A stretch of DNA of 64,000 nucleotides from Octopus vulgaris (Eukaryota). The stretch covers positions 73,408,001 through 73,472,000 of the forward strand of contig OX597824.1 in assembly GCA_951406725.2 (NCBI GenBank), read 5' to 3'. Under the pieces are notes generated by a model. The model worked only from the letters and a program-made list of their open reading frames with translations. It was not told the origin of the DNA and searched no databases. The translations under genes were made by a program, and so were the position numbers. Positions within the stretch are counted from its first letter, which is position 1. Every line of letters begins with the position of its first letter. This document shows positions 14,466 to 27,943 of the stretch, one piece after another.

Positions 14466-14694
14466 TTAACTCTTTTGGTACCAAGCCTACTGAAACCAGC
14501 TCAGGCTCTGTAGTACAAATGTCTTGTTTTCATAAGATTTGAATTAAAATCTTCCACCAAACCTTAGTCACACTTTATGTTCTTAACACCAGCTAAATGA
14601 TAACTAAGTTATTTTATAAAATTCTTTGTTATGTATAAAATAATTGAGAGAAACACAGAGCATCCCAAAATAAATACAGTAACAAAAGGGTTAA
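14466..14694. mobile_element. TTAA-flanked MITE, second subfamily
   Basis: ttaactcttttggtac...gtaacaaaagggttaa. Confidence 0.65.
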
Positions 14695-15164
14695 TGTTTA
14701 AAACTGCAAATATTATGTAACTTTCCTCTTGGAACTTTTGCATTCAACAGTAAAAGCAGTGGTACCAAAACAATTGCAACTGGTCATTCATCATTGTCTA
14801 GTTGAGCTTACTCAGGCATTTTTAACCTGCACATGCCGTCGTCTTGGTTCTACATTAGTTCAGCGAAGTCTTCAGGGAAGCATCTAGTGTCTCTGCTGAG
14901 TTGATCTATATATATTGTGTTCGGACAACCAGCTCATGTACAGCCATGCTTTGGCATCCATAGCAGTAGGTCACATGTTAGTTCTTGTTTATTTGGAAGA
15001 TATCTATCTATCTATATATATGTATACACACATATATGTGTATATATATATATCTATATATATATATATATATATATATTGTTATATTTCGGAATGGTCA
15101 TATTGCCAGTTTAGCCAATAAAAACACACGCACTATATATTTGGTGTTATATATATATATACAC

Positions 15165-15346
15165 CGCCTGACTGGCACGTAAAAGCACCCACTACACTCA
15201 CGGAGTGGTTGGCGTTAGGAAGGGCATCCAGCTGTAGAAACTGCCAGATCAGATTGGAGCCTGGTGTAGCCATCTGGTTTGCCAGTCCTCAGTCAAATCG
15301 TCCAACCCATGCTAGCATGGAAAGCAGACGCTAAATGATGATGATG

Positions 15347-15348
<2 letters not shown>
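15165..15348 (+). mobile_element. RTE-type 3'-end repeat with (GAT)n tail
   Basis: ggcacgtaaaagcaccc...aacccatgctagcatggaaagcagacgctaaatgatgatg. Confidence 0.75.
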
Positions 15349-15402
<54 letters not shown>

Positions 15403-15479
15403 CAGTGTATGCATGTTTGTATTAAAATATACTGCCAGTGTTCAGTATGCTGTTGGATGTGCATTGGGTGTTCATAAAA

Positions 15480-16225
15480 AAGACCATATTAACAATATAA
15501 ATTTCAACATCAAAATAACTATTACCCTAAGAACTAAAAATTTCTTAAATGTTACCCTCAGCTTAACGAAAGGCAAATACAAAACATATCCTAAATCTAA
15601 TGTAGATTCCTGCCATCCGCTTATAGTTTTCAAAAAAACCTGATTAATATATCAGTAGAAGACTCTCTAAAGTGTTATCATATAATGAAATCTTTGACAT
15701 TGCAGTCCCCTACCACAGTGAAGCACTAGAAATTAGTGGGTTCGGTGATAAAATCACATATACCCATAACCCTTGCTGTCCCCGTAATAAGAAGGGATGC
15801 TGTGACAATATCTGGTTCAGCACCTCCCTTTTCCTTAAATATTAAGTCTAACATTGCTATTCTTGTTTTTGATAAATGAAAATTTCCCCATTAACAATTG
15901 CCTCAAAAACAAAATAAGCATTTAACAGAAATAATTTTAAATTGGGTTACAGTTGTACCATGTATAGGAAAAACTTAATAATGAGTCAATAAACTAAAAT
16001 AACCAATGCTAACTGTACATGCAGAATTATAACATAGACCCCTTAATCAGTCCTGCAATATTGAAGTGATTACCCTGGAAATTACCTCCACCAAGGCAAA
16101 CCTTAAACATGGTCCTTAAATACCACATATGATTGAAGGTAAATTTAAACAATACTTCAACCATTTTTCTCCTTTCAGAAATAAAGAAAAGAGAAATGTA
16201 ACTAAAATGTGGTATAAACTAAAAG
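15480..16225 (+). mobile_element. Degenerate Penelope-like element ORF fragment (RT C-terminus plus linker and GIY-YIG region)
   Basis: Frameshifted peptides NFLNVTLSL..GKYKTY, NISRRLS, NIWFS/PPFSLNIKSNIA, FNRNNFKLGYSC, NCTCR, EGKFKQYFNH, FRNKEKRN resemble invertebrate PLE ORFs. Confidence 0.7.
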
Positions 16226-16326
16226 TTAGCCGAAATGGCTACACTAATTTGCATATTATGTATTAGTTGGCAGTGTGATTAAATACTTAATGAATATTTT
16301 GTGTACAAACAGCATGTTTAAGAAGA

Positions 16327-16720
16327 TCTCTGTATAGATAAAGCTGAAGTTGTCTGCGTATGGCAGGTTTGGTAGCCTTCAGCTAACACTATCTCCTCCG
16401 AGACCCTGCGGTGCAAGTTGACCAAAATTGAGAGTATGATAGAAGAAGGCTTGCTCTTCCTTCCGTAGAAGAAAAAATTCAAATCGGACCATGTTAACAC
16501 CAAAAATTATTTACATAAAAAAGGTGCTTTCTTTTCTATGAAAATTCCTACTTTTTACAATTTTTTTTACTGCTGTGTCGCCATTTTTCGGTGTATTTCA
16601 ACCAGAAAAATGTTCACTTAAAGAGAAAAGCAAGCTACATAATGCAAAATTTTTACTTTTCAAAAACTCCAATTCTAAAGGGTCGAAACAAACCTGAGCA
16701 ACGCTGGGCGATACTGCTAG
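16327..16720 (+). mobile_element. Non-autonomous Helitron, family H2
   Basis: A|TC...cctgagcaacgctgggcgatactgCTAG|T; further copies at 49256, 55720 and 62360. Confidence 0.8.
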
Positions 16721-17067
16721 TATAAGATAAATTTAAAGTAGTTAGCCTATAGTTTATAATAAGTGTGCTGAGGAAAGTAAACAACCATGAATACACCTTG
16801 TTGTTCCAAAGAAAAAAAAAATGAGATTATTCCCGATGTGTTTCATAGCTGATTGGCCACTCTTCAGTTGATAAATACTCCTCACCCTTCTGTCTACAAA
16901 TAGAGCTTGATAGCCATTGCTAATATTTATTTTATACACATACATATAGTCACAGGTGTGGCTGTGTGGTAAGAAGCTGGCTTACCAAAGTTAATTTAAA
17001 CAAAGGTAGGGTATTTCAATAGAAATATGGTAACAAAAGGGTTTGGCGGACTATAATAAATAAAAGG

Positions 17068-17484
17068 AGGGCAGCGAGCTAGTAGAGATGTTAGCTCACC
17101 GGGCGAAATGCTTAGCGGTATTTCGTCTGCCATTACGTTCCGAGTTCAAATTCTGCCGAGGTCAACTTTGCCTTTCATCCTTTCGGGGTCGATAAATAAA
17201 GTACCAGTTACGCACTGGGGTCGATGTAATCGACTTAATACCTATGTCTGTCCTTGTTTGTCCCCTCTGTGTTCAGCCCCTTGTGGGTAATAAAGAAATA
17301 GGTATTTCGTCTGCCATTACGTTCTGAGTTCAAATTCTGCCGAGGTCGACTTTGCCTTTCATCCTTTCGGGGTCGATAAATAAAGTACCAGTTACGCACT
17401 GGGGTCGATGTAATCGACTTAATCCCTTTGTCTGTCTTTGTTTGTCCCCTTTATGTTTAGCCCCTTGTGTACAATAAAGAAATA
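17068..17484 (+). mobile_element. SINE family B, partial tandem dimer
   Basis: tRNA-like head with gagttcaaat B-box; body repeated from 17321; 16-bp direct repeat tataataaataaaagg on both flanks. Confidence 0.85.
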
Positions 17485-17779
17485 TATAATAAATAAAAGG
17501 GATTTGGGACTAAGCTCTGACAGCTCCCTACATACATACTAAATTCATTGGCAAACTCATTGCTGACTCTCACTTTTCTCACTGCATCCCTGTGTATGGT
17601 TTGTACAATTATCACAAACCATTCGCCTACCTCTAACTTCTTTAGGGAGCACTAGATCACAGAAGGAGGTGTCCTTTCAAAGGCCATCTCAGAGTCAAAG
17701 AATGCTAGGTACAGGGACATGTTCTTTCATTAGTTTTTAATTATTGGTCTGTGACCATGTTGGGCAATGCTCTCTTTCT

Positions 17780-18200
17780 CTTTTACTCTCTTTTATTTGT
17801 TTCAGTCATTTGACTGCGGCCATGCTGGAGCACCACCTTTTAGTCGAGCAAATCGACCCCAGGACTTATTCTTTGTAAGCCTAGTACATACTCTATCGGT
17901 CTCTTTCGCCGAACCGCTAAGTTACGAGTACGTAAACACACCAGCATCGGTTATCAAGAGATGTTGGGGAGACAAACACAGATACACAAACATATACGCA
18001 CACATACACACACCTATATATATATACATATATACGACAGGCTTCTTTCAGTTTCCGTCTACCAAATCCACTCACAAGGCTTTGGTCGGCCCAAGGCTTT
18101 AGTAGAAGACACTTGCCCAAGGTGCCACGCAGTGGGACTGAACCCGGAACCATGTGGTTCGTAAACAAGCTACTTACCACAGAGCTACTCCTACGCCTAT
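17780..18200 (-). mobile_element. SINE family A
   Basis: Full reverse copy. Confidence 0.85.
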
Positions 18201-19289
18201 AATGCATTCAAGAATTTGACATTATTGATAACTTTTCTTGAACTGCTAAGTTATAGAGTAGAATGAGATACAACATCAGCAACAGTTTACTTTGTAAACT
18301 TAAGCATTGGTGTACACACATGCACACACACACACACACACCCGCGTGCGCGCATACACATACGTCTATAATGGACTTCTGCACAATTTCTGCCTACCAA
18401 ATTCCACATGTAAACATTTAGCTGATACAAAGCAATAATAGAAGACACATGGCTAAGGTGTATTACATAGGGAACCATGTAATTAACAATAGCTAAGGTG
18501 TATCACACCCAGAACTATATAAATTCAAAGCTAACTTGTTTACCTCACAGTCATGTCTGTGCGTCATTGCTGTGTGTTTAAGAAGTTTGCTTTTCGGTCA
18601 CATGGCTTCAGGTTCAATCTCACTGTGTAGCACTTTGGGCAAATGTCTTTTACAATAGCCCCAGGCCAACCAAGGACTTGTGAGTGGTAGGTATAAACTG
18701 AAAGTAGCCCCTCCCCCATACTTTAGCCTTTCAACACCTGGCATAAAACCATCTTCCCTTCTCTTAGATACACTCCTACTCAATTGAGGTTTTTTGTTCT
18801 TTTTTTTGTTTTGCAAGTTACTCAGCAACCACACTAGTGCTATTGTTATGAAAAAATGCATCATGTATATACTGTAGAGCGGTTGGAGTTTGGAAAGGCA
18901 TCCAACCATAGAAACCATATCAAAGCTGACATGGGTGTACGACACACTCCTCCAGCTCATTGGATCCTGTCAAACTGTCCAACTCATGCCAGCATGAAAA
19001 GCGGATGTTAACTGATGATTGTATGTATGTGTGTGTTTGTAGCTCTTTGTCTTGACATCATATGATAGTAGTGAGCAAGTGATACTATCATTCAAACCTT
19101 TCAGTAATTATATGGCATGCACTAAATTTTAACTTTGCAATTTGAAAAACTCACTTCTGGCCAATGAATGAAATCTTTGGAGCATAGGACATGTGATTTT
19201 GTGCTGTTACATTTCATTGGTTATGGACCTTCAGTCTATCATTCATAGTTCACTAAGAATTAGCCTTCTTATACTCGAAATCAAATTTG

Positions 19290-19733
19290 GTGACTGGTAA
19301 TCCGTGCTAGCGGAGCGCTGAGAGCACCATCCAAGCATGATCGTTGCCAGAACAGCTGACTGGTTTCTGTGCTGTGGCACGTAAAAAGCACCATTCGAGC
19401 GTGATCATTACCAGTGTTGTCTTATTGGCACTTATTTGAGCAAGGTCGTTGCCAGTGCCGCTGGACTGGCTCCTGTGCAGGTGGCATGTAAAAAACATCA
19501 CTTGAGCATGGCTGTTGCCAGTACTGCCTGACTGGCCCTTGTGCCAGTGGCACGTAAAAGCACCCACTACGCTCTCAGAGTGGTTGGCATTAGGAAAGGC
19601 ATCCAGCTGTAGAAACTCTGCCAGATCAGATTGGAGCCTGGTGCAGCCATCTGGTTTGCCAGTCCTCAGTCAAATCGTCCAACCCATGCCAGCATGGAAA
19701 GCGGACGTTAAACGATGATGATGATGATGATGA
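19290..19733 (+). mobile_element. RTE-type 3'-end repeat with internal tandem ggcacgtaaaaagcacc units
   Basis: Repeated subunits followed by the conserved tail and (GAT)n. Confidence 0.75.
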
Positions 19734-19809
19734 TATTTAAATAGCAAATAATACATTTGCTGATGTGTGCAAAGCTTAATCAAGCCACAGCTAATGCATT
19801 ATTTACTGT

Positions 19810-20037
19810 TTAACTCTTTAGCATTCACATTATTTTATCAAAAGTAACGGTTATTTATTCACATTGTTTTGAATTAGTCATGCATTATTTTGTAGCTTTG
19901 AGATTTTGATGAAATACCTGTTAAATTTTAGAATGATATTGTTCGGTTGTTGTGAGAAATGAGACCTGACTAGTTTAAGCATAAAATAGGTAGAATATTT
20001 GGACTGGATATGTCCAGTTTGAATGCGAAAGGGTTAA
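19810..20037. mobile_element. TTAA-flanked MITE
   Basis: Homologous to 13010-13237. Confidence 0.7.
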
Positions 20038-20638
20038 ATATAAGAACACCAGTTCATAGTGAGCAATGAATGATGGATTCAATGTAGCAGAGTAGAAACA
20101 TGCCTTGGTTCTATGTGTGTTTTTCACATTTATTGTTTACAAGAATTTCTCTCTCGGGACAGTGATTTCACAGTGAAAGTCTTTCCACATTTGAGTGCAC
20201 ATGGACATGTTTAGTACAATTGTACTTGCCTATATAGTACAGCAGCTTAATGTGCCCCTAATTAATCACTTTTCTTTTTCACTCTATTTATTCTTTCCTT
20301 TTTCTATATCTGAACTAAGGACCCTGAAATGACTTTTTATATAATGGAACTGTGATTATGTATATCAGAAAAAAATATAACTCGAAACAATTTGTTGGCC
20401 TTTTATGATTTTTACAATTATTTATATAATATTATGTTATGTTATATATTATATTCATAGTATTTAATCTAATACTGTAATATAAATAATTTATTGGATT
20501 GTCAATAGAATATCTCTATATTTAATTTATCTTTATTATTGAATTATACCAATATTTATATGGTATCCAACTGAAGTACCAGTGAATTGGATGTTTAATA
20601 CACCTCTTTGAAGGGTTTCTTTTCCTCAGTTTGTTACT

Positions 20639-20668
<30 letters not shown>

Positions 20669-20669
<1 letters not shown>

Positions 20670-21005
20670 TAGCTGGTGTACCCAGTAATTCCCGGGGGTA
20701 AAAATGTTCCATTGAAATGCCTTATTACTCTGATACAAGAAAGCAATTTCGTTATAACTGCTACAAAAGGTGTATTTTCCGTCATGAAAAAGTACAAAAA
20801 ACTGTCAGCTGGAGGAGGGAGAGATTGTTAGAGGTTGGTGAGAGAGGTCTCCTGAGGTTGGTGAAAGAGGTTGTTGGAGGTTGGCGAAAGGCAAAGACAT
20901 TATTCTGCTTAGCGAAAGCATCTGGGAAATGTATAACTGCTGTCATTCACAGAAAAACTATTGTTTTACCATGAGAAAAGCACTGTTGTAGTGTTACGAG
21001 AGATT
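20669..21005 (-). mobile_element. Possible third Helitron family (3' end at left; 5' boundary uncertain)
   Basis: The - strand ends cccgggaattactgggtacaccagCTAG|T (hairpin plus CTAG). Confidence 0.45.
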
Positions 21006-21248
21006 TGGTAATCGAGGATCGAATCCACGCTCTGCTCTTCAATCTTGTAGAGGTTGGACGTATTCTGTATCTCTTTCTAGCATGTAGGCACATTGGTTTC
21101 TGTGCCTTTAATTATAATTGTATTCTATGTAATTATATGTCTGTGTATGAATTTTTCATAAAAGCTTATTTTATATGGGTGGACACTGATAGAATTCATT
21201 AACTTTTAATAATTATATCCTTTAATTATTATGTTTATATATATATAT

Positions 21249-21286
<38 letters not shown>

Positions 21287-21287
<1 letters not shown>

Positions 21288-21595
21288 GAGGAGTAATGGC
21301 CCAGTGGTTTGGGCAGCGGACTCGCAGTCGTAGGATCGTGGTTTTGATTCCCAAACCGGGCGTTGTGAGTGTTTATTGAGCAAAAACACCTATAGCTCCA
21401 CGAGGCTCTGGCAGGGGGTGGTGGCGATCCCTGCTGTACTCTTTTGCCACAACTTTCTCTCACTCTTTCCTCTGTTGGCCTGCTCGCTTAGCCAGTGGGG
21501 TGGCGTCATTTGAAGGCTAAAACAATGCGAAGCGCATTGTGACCAGCAATGTGTAGCAACATTTGATAGACTGGTTGGTCACGGTGAAGGTCATG

Positions 21596-21600
<5 letters not shown>
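21287..21600 (+). mobile_element. tRNA-derived SINE family C
   Basis: A-box tggcccagtgg and B-box-like ggttttgattccc; ends ggtcacggtga; embedded in (TA)n. Confidence 0.85.
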
Positions 21601-21643
<43 letters not shown>

Positions 21644-21788
21644 CACATACATACACACAGATTTACAAAATAAGCAGGAAATAGGTGTGGTATTCAAGGC
21701 CTTGACTACCACACCTGTTTTTCTGCTTATTATTTTTTCTATTATTTGGTTCATATTGAGCACACTCACTCGCCTTTCCAAAGCTGGT

Positions 21789-21845
<57 letters not shown>

Positions 21846-21859
21846 CACTCACTAGTGGT

Positions 21860-22358
21860 TCTCTCATATAGGCTCTCAGTTACTCAGATAACCACCCTTG
21901 CTGGCTATGCAGATGAAACAAATGTATCCTGTCAGCATATCATTCAGCTTTGTGTGCTGGTAGTGCAGGGCTTGGAATTTTCCCGCATTAAACTGCATAT
22001 TATTGTCACAAGTCAACATGTATATTGCATCCAGCTCCTGTTGCAGGTGAGGAATATCTCAGAGGTGATGGAACCTTTGAGATATTCCTCACCTGCAACA
22101 GGAGCTGGATGCAATATACATGTTGACTTGTGACAATAACATGCAGTTTAATGCGGGAAAATTCCAAGCCCTGCACTACCAGCACACAAAGCTGAATGAT
22201 ATGCTGACAGGATACACTGGCCCAGGAGGCATTGCAATCCCAGAATCAAAATCAGTGCATTCCCGGTTTGGGAATCGAAACCACGATCCTACGACCGCGA
22301 GTCCACTGCCCTAACCACTAGGCCATTACGCCTCCACACATATATATATATGTATGTA

Positions 22359-22398
<40 letters not shown>

Positions 22399-23136
22399 AT
22401 AATTAAAGGATATAATTATTAAAAGTTGTGGCAAAAGAGTACAGCAGCTTTCCTGGTGCATATTACTAAGTTGGCTATAAAATGCTGATGACTGGCCCGA
22501 TGGATTGTTTAGAACCTTCAGAATGAGAGAACAGGACACCATGGTGTCCTCAGCCACTTAGACTACTGCTCTCATCCAATTAACAGTGGAACTCAAATAA
22601 ATGCAGCAAAACTCCACAAAGATTGTCTCAATGCAACGTGTCAGCTACTTGAAAGGCTGTAAAAGTTAGGATTCTATTTCCTAGAACAAAGTTGGAAGAG
22701 ATATGCAGTGATAAACATCTGGAAAATCCTGGAAGGACTTGAACCAAATGTTGGCATTGGAAGTTACACAAACAGCAGAACAAGGTGCTTCTGTATAGTG
22801 CCAAATATCCCAGCATGCCATCTAGATGAAGGACCAGATACTACTGCAGTTTGGGTTTTAAGGGTCCACAACTCTTCAGTATCCTCTCCAAAAGCCTGAG
22901 AGACCTGCATGGTAGAATTAGGTGTTTACAAAACAAAACTGGATTTCCTGTCAAGAGTTTTAGATGAGCCTACCTCACAGCAGGAAACGCAGATCAAGGC
23001 ACCAGCATCAAACTCCCTCATTCACCAAGTGCCACATATTAGAGGAAGTTTCATGTAGTGGAGGTGTAAGTAAGTTAATGGTTGTGCTCCAGCATGGCTA
23101 CAGCTCTTGAGCAGAAACTAGTTAAAGATTAAAGAT
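21860..23136 (+). mobile_element. Fragmented CR1/L2-group LINE (RT core to 3' end), interrupted
   Basis: GYADET, LQQELDAIY..DNNMQFNAGKFQALHY, INIWKILEGLEPN; 3' tail gtgctccagcatggctacagctc...(ttaaaga)n. Confidence 0.75.
21923..22216. repeat. Long inverted repeat (~143-bp arms, 8-nt loop) within the LINE RT
   Basis: tgtatcctgtcagcat...atctcagagg-tgatggaa-cctttgagat...atgctgacaggataca. Confidence 0.9.
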
Positions 23137-24170
23137 ACGTATACACACATACATATATATATCAATAATAATAAAGGGTAAAATTAATTAATTAATAATT
23201 AATAATTTCACCAAGTAGTATTCAGCATGTTAAAAAGACCATTATCGGTAAACTTAAACAATATTTATTATAATTATGAGTATAATCAAATGCCGAGTGA
23301 ATTTCGTTGTTTTTGAGTATATATTGTCTGGGAGTTGTTTCTTACAGTAGAAGAAATATCTAGGTTCTTTGGCTGCTATTTCTAAAGTTTGGTGTGTGGT
23401 GAAGCAAATTTTTTGCCTAACTCTAATTATAATTATACTCATAATTATAATAAATATTATATATATATATATATATATATATGCCCTTCTTGTCATCCAG
23501 CCGCAGAAAACCCTCACCTATTTCCAAGCAAGGTAACATAATCCTCATGACCAGACAGAGTTTTCATGGAAGGCTGGAAACAGATAGCATTGGTTGTATG
23601 ATAATGCTTGTTTACAGTTTACAATTTGCTTGATGGAAACTGAAAGAAGCCCATTATGCATATATATCTGATCTTCTGGTCTCATACTTTCTTCTGTTTA
23701 TCACATTGTATCTTGAGGGCACATTTTAACACCTCATTACCATCATCTTTATCTCTTTTCCCAGCTCCAGCTCCAATTACTCCTATCATCCCATATAATA
23801 TATAATGGTTTCAAATTTTGGCACAAGGCCAGCAATTTTGGGAGAAGGGGTAAGTTGATCACATGGACCCCAATACTCAACTAGTACTTATATTATATAC
23901 CCTGTAAGGATGAAAAGCAAAGTCAGCCTCAGCAGAATTTGAGCTCAGAACATAAAAACAGATCAAACTCTGTTATAGTAGAAGGCACTTGCCCAAGGTG
24001 CAGTGCAGTGGGATTGAAACTTCATACTTGGGAATCAAGCTTCTTGACCACTCAGTTACATCTGCATGCATACACCTTCCTGCACATCAGCATCCTGCTG
24101 TAGTCATTACAACCAGTGTATATACATAGGTCAGGTAACAGTGTGCTGGTGATTCTGCCAGCTTGCCACC

Positions 24171-24402
24171 TATTTCTTTACAACCCACAAGGGGCTAAAC
24201 ATAGAGGGGACAAACAAGGATAGACAAACGGATTAAGTTGATTATATCAACCCCAGTGCGTAACTGATACTTAATTTATCGACCCCAAAAAGATGAAAGG
24301 CAAAGTCGACCTCGACAGAATTTGAACTCAGAATGTAATGGCAGACGAAATACGGCTTCGCATTTCGCCCGATGTGCTAATATTTCTGCCAGCTCTCCGC
24401 CT
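24171..24402 (-). mobile_element. SINE family B
   Basis: Reverse copy of the 17068 unit. Confidence 0.85.
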
Positions 24403-24661
24403 ATCATCTCTTATATAATGCAAGCTATCTTCTCTGTAGCGAATAACATCTTCCTGTCCCTTTTATCATAACTTTAATCTCTCAACATTTGGCACAAAGC
24501 CACCTCTCTTTCTGCCATACATCTACACAGTCATATCCTGCTAACAATTTGTCTTCTAGCTCTTTACTTTCAAAGACAAGTGGGGGTAAAAGAAAAAGAT
24601 CTGTACCCAAAAGGCAAGTAAGGTTTAGCAACAAATAGGATTATTCAGCTGTAAAACAGTA

Positions 24662-24890
24662 CATCATCATCATCGTTTAACGTCCGTTTTCCGCGCTAGC
24701 ATGGGTTGGACGGTTCGACCGGGGTCTGGGAAGCCAGGGGCTGCACCAGGCTCCAGTCTAATCTGGCAATGTTTCTACAGCTGGATGCCCTTCCTAACGC
24801 CAACCACTCCGTGAGTGTAGTGGGTGCTTTTTACGTGCCACCTGCACAGGTGCCATGGGGGTCTGGCATCGGCCAAGGTCCGGCATCGGC
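24662..24890 (-). mobile_element. RTE-type 3'-end repeat
   Basis: (CAT)n then cgtttaacgtccgttttcc... Confidence 0.75.
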
Positions 24891-24930
24891 CACAATAATT
24901 ATTATTACCTCAATAATTATTCACCAAACT

Positions 24931-25275
24931 CACTGGTTCTCAACTGGGGTCTATATGAACCCTGGAGGACCATATTAGACCTATGGGGGGTCCATGCAAG
25001 TGAAATAGAACACTGGGGATCCATGGTTGTAGTTTAAAGGTGCATGAAAAATTTTGATTTGAGGTACATGTATTTATTGCAAGAAATACTTAGGTTTCCT
25101 TCTCTAACATTTTACATAGTTTAACCTATACAAGTTAATGTGTGAAAAAAAAAAAAAGAATTTTGAAAGAAGTATCTATAAAACTAGTTTTTTAAACCTC
25201 GAATGGGTATGGGTGTCCACCAGAATAAAATGGTAATTAAAGGGGTCCACAGATAAGAAAATGTTTGAGACCCAC
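24931..25275. mobile_element. hAT-like MITE
   Basis: Imperfect TIRs cactggttctcaac / tttgagacccac, with subterminal ggggtcc motifs. Confidence 0.5.
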
Positions 25276-25342
25276 CCACTCATCTTACCTAAGCTAGTAA
25301 GGGGAAAATGGATGTAAACTGAATGAAATACACACACATTCT

Positions 25343-25399
<57 letters not shown>

Positions 25400-25879
25400 G
25401 TTATATATTTATATAATATTTTTCTCTCTTCATCTATCCTTTCCATTGATGAATGTATGGTCAAAATGTTAAAGACTTCTTCCAATTTTCCTGTTTTTTT
25501 TTTTACCTTATCTTGGTTTTTATGTTTGTACTGTATCCATCCATCCATATATCCATCCACCCATCCATATCTATTTACATATATATGTACACGCATGGGT
25601 GTGTGTTGAGAAGTTAGCTTTCCAACCACACGTTCCTGGGTTCAGTCCTGCTGTGTGGCGCTTTGGACAGGTATCTTCTACTATAGCCTTGGGCTGACAA
25701 AAGCCTTGTGAGTGGAGTTTGTAGATGGAAACTAAAAGAAGCCCATCATATATACGTGTGTGTGTGTGTGTGTTAATGGTTTGGTAAAAGGGACCAATAG
25801 AATAAATACCAGGCTTTAGACAAAAACAAGAACTGGGGTTGATTTGACTAAAATTCTTCAGAGCAGTGTCCCAGCATGG

Positions 25880-25928
<49 letters not shown>

Positions 25929-26098
25929 TACATACATAATATCAAGGTTAGAAAATACTTCCAGCTCAGAACAACAGTTGACTCTCTTTCAAGGTACAGA
26001 ATGTGACCCACATTATAGTACTGCTCACATATTTGGGACAGTGTAGCTTTTCTCTCTCTACCTCTGTCTGTCTGTCTGTCTCTCTCTTTTTCTTTCTT

Positions 26099-26136
<38 letters not shown>

Positions 26137-27623
26137 CTCCCCAACCCATTGTGAATCACATTCCAAAATAGGCCATCTGACTGACTGATCTGCAAGCTTA
26201 CCCTCTACATTCATGCTACATCTCTACATACATGCTGTTGTCATTGAGGGTGTTACTTTTATTTAACCCCAGGTCATCCTTGGTTGAGCGTGCCCATACT
26301 CAAAGACATTCCAGCTTCGATGCATTCCTATTATTTTGTATACTTATAACTATGTCTGACATAACTGACTTTTTATTTCTTCCCATTTTAAGACATTAGT
26401 GTGTGATTGGAGGGAGATTTGATTGCTGTTTCTAGCAAGGTGTTTTGTCTGCTATCCCTACAATGATTTCTGATCTACTCAACTGGCAAACAATTTGACA
26501 CCTTGTTTAGGAGCTGTTTAAACAGTGCTATAGGCCCTTGGGCTAATCAATGCACTGGACCCTAAAAGTATTAATTTGACTGCAAACCACAGAATATGTA
26601 GACTAGGATTGGGCTCCTACACCTGTGAAGCTCTTGGACATCTATTTCCCCAGTGTGCCCTTGCCGTAAGATGACACTGACCTCATTCTCCTATCATCAA
26701 CCCCATTGTCACTTTCCACTGATCTTACATAGAGTACTTTGTACAGACCAGCATACCTGTTTCTGCCCTCATTCTTCATCACTCTCTCTCTTTCTTTCTC
26801 TTGCTCTTCCCTCTGGTTAGGTAACCTTTACCGCAGCACACCTGTTCCTGCCCTCTTTCTTGTTAATCCTCTCTTCCTTTCTCTCTCTCTCTTTCTCTCC
26901 TTTTTTTTCTTTGTCTCTCTCTCTCTGTCTGGCTAGGTAACCATGTACGTCCTCTACAACAAGACACCTGTTGCTGTCTCTCTGTCACACTCTAACCATT
27001 CATCATCCACTGCCCCCTCCTGTCTCAAAGATTCTTTGTCTTGCAAAGTTACTCGGTGACCTTGCCATTTAGAAAGCATCCAATCCATACTGTGAAGTGG
27101 TTGGTATTTTGAAGGGCATCCAGCTGTAAAAACCATGCCAAAACTGACGTTGCTTGTGCTGGTGCCACATAAAAAGCACTCAGCCCACTCTACAGAGTGG
27201 TTGGTGTTAGGAAGGGCAACTGGACATAAAAACCATGCCAAAACAGACACAGAAGTATGGCGCAGGCTTCTGCCTGGCCAGCTCCTGTCAAACTATCCAA
27301 CCCATGCCAGCATGGAAAGTGGACGTTAAATGATGATGATGATGAATACTGTCTTGGAACTAGAAATCCATTTCTTCTGTCTACCCTTGCTTCCTCTGCC
27401 TTCTCTTCATTAATATTGAAGTGCAGAATTTAAGGCTAGATCCCAACTGCTTCATCAATGGTCTTGGCGGCTGTTAAAGACTATGGGTTCTGTTGTTGTT
27501 CTTCAAATTCATTCTATGGCTGTGCTGTTATTTCAGTACATAGGTTCTTTGGGGAATGTCTTCTATTGCCTCACGTTGACTAATTGCCTTGTGAGTGAAA
27601 TATGGTTCACAGAAATTGTACAC

Positions 27624-27661
<38 letters not shown>

Positions 27662-27667
<6 letters not shown>

Positions 27668-27943
27668 ACCGACCAGTCCTTCAGATGTAGTTACACATCG
27701 CTGGTCAGAATGCGTTCGCATTGTTTTAACCTTCGAATGACGCGACCCCGCTGGCTAAGCGAGCAGGCCAACGGGAGAAAGAGTGGTGAAAGAGTACAGC
27801 AGGGATCACCACCCCCTGTCGAAGCCTCGTGGAGATTTTAGGTGTTTTTGCTCAATAAACACTCACAACGCCCGGTCTGGGAATCGAAACCGCGATCCTA
27901 CGACCGCGAGTCCGCTGCCCTAACCACTGGGCCATTGCGCCTC

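Noticed and set aside
14830-14880. Minus-strand CTGAAGA hammerhead-like motif
   Set aside because: No GAAA-UH completion.
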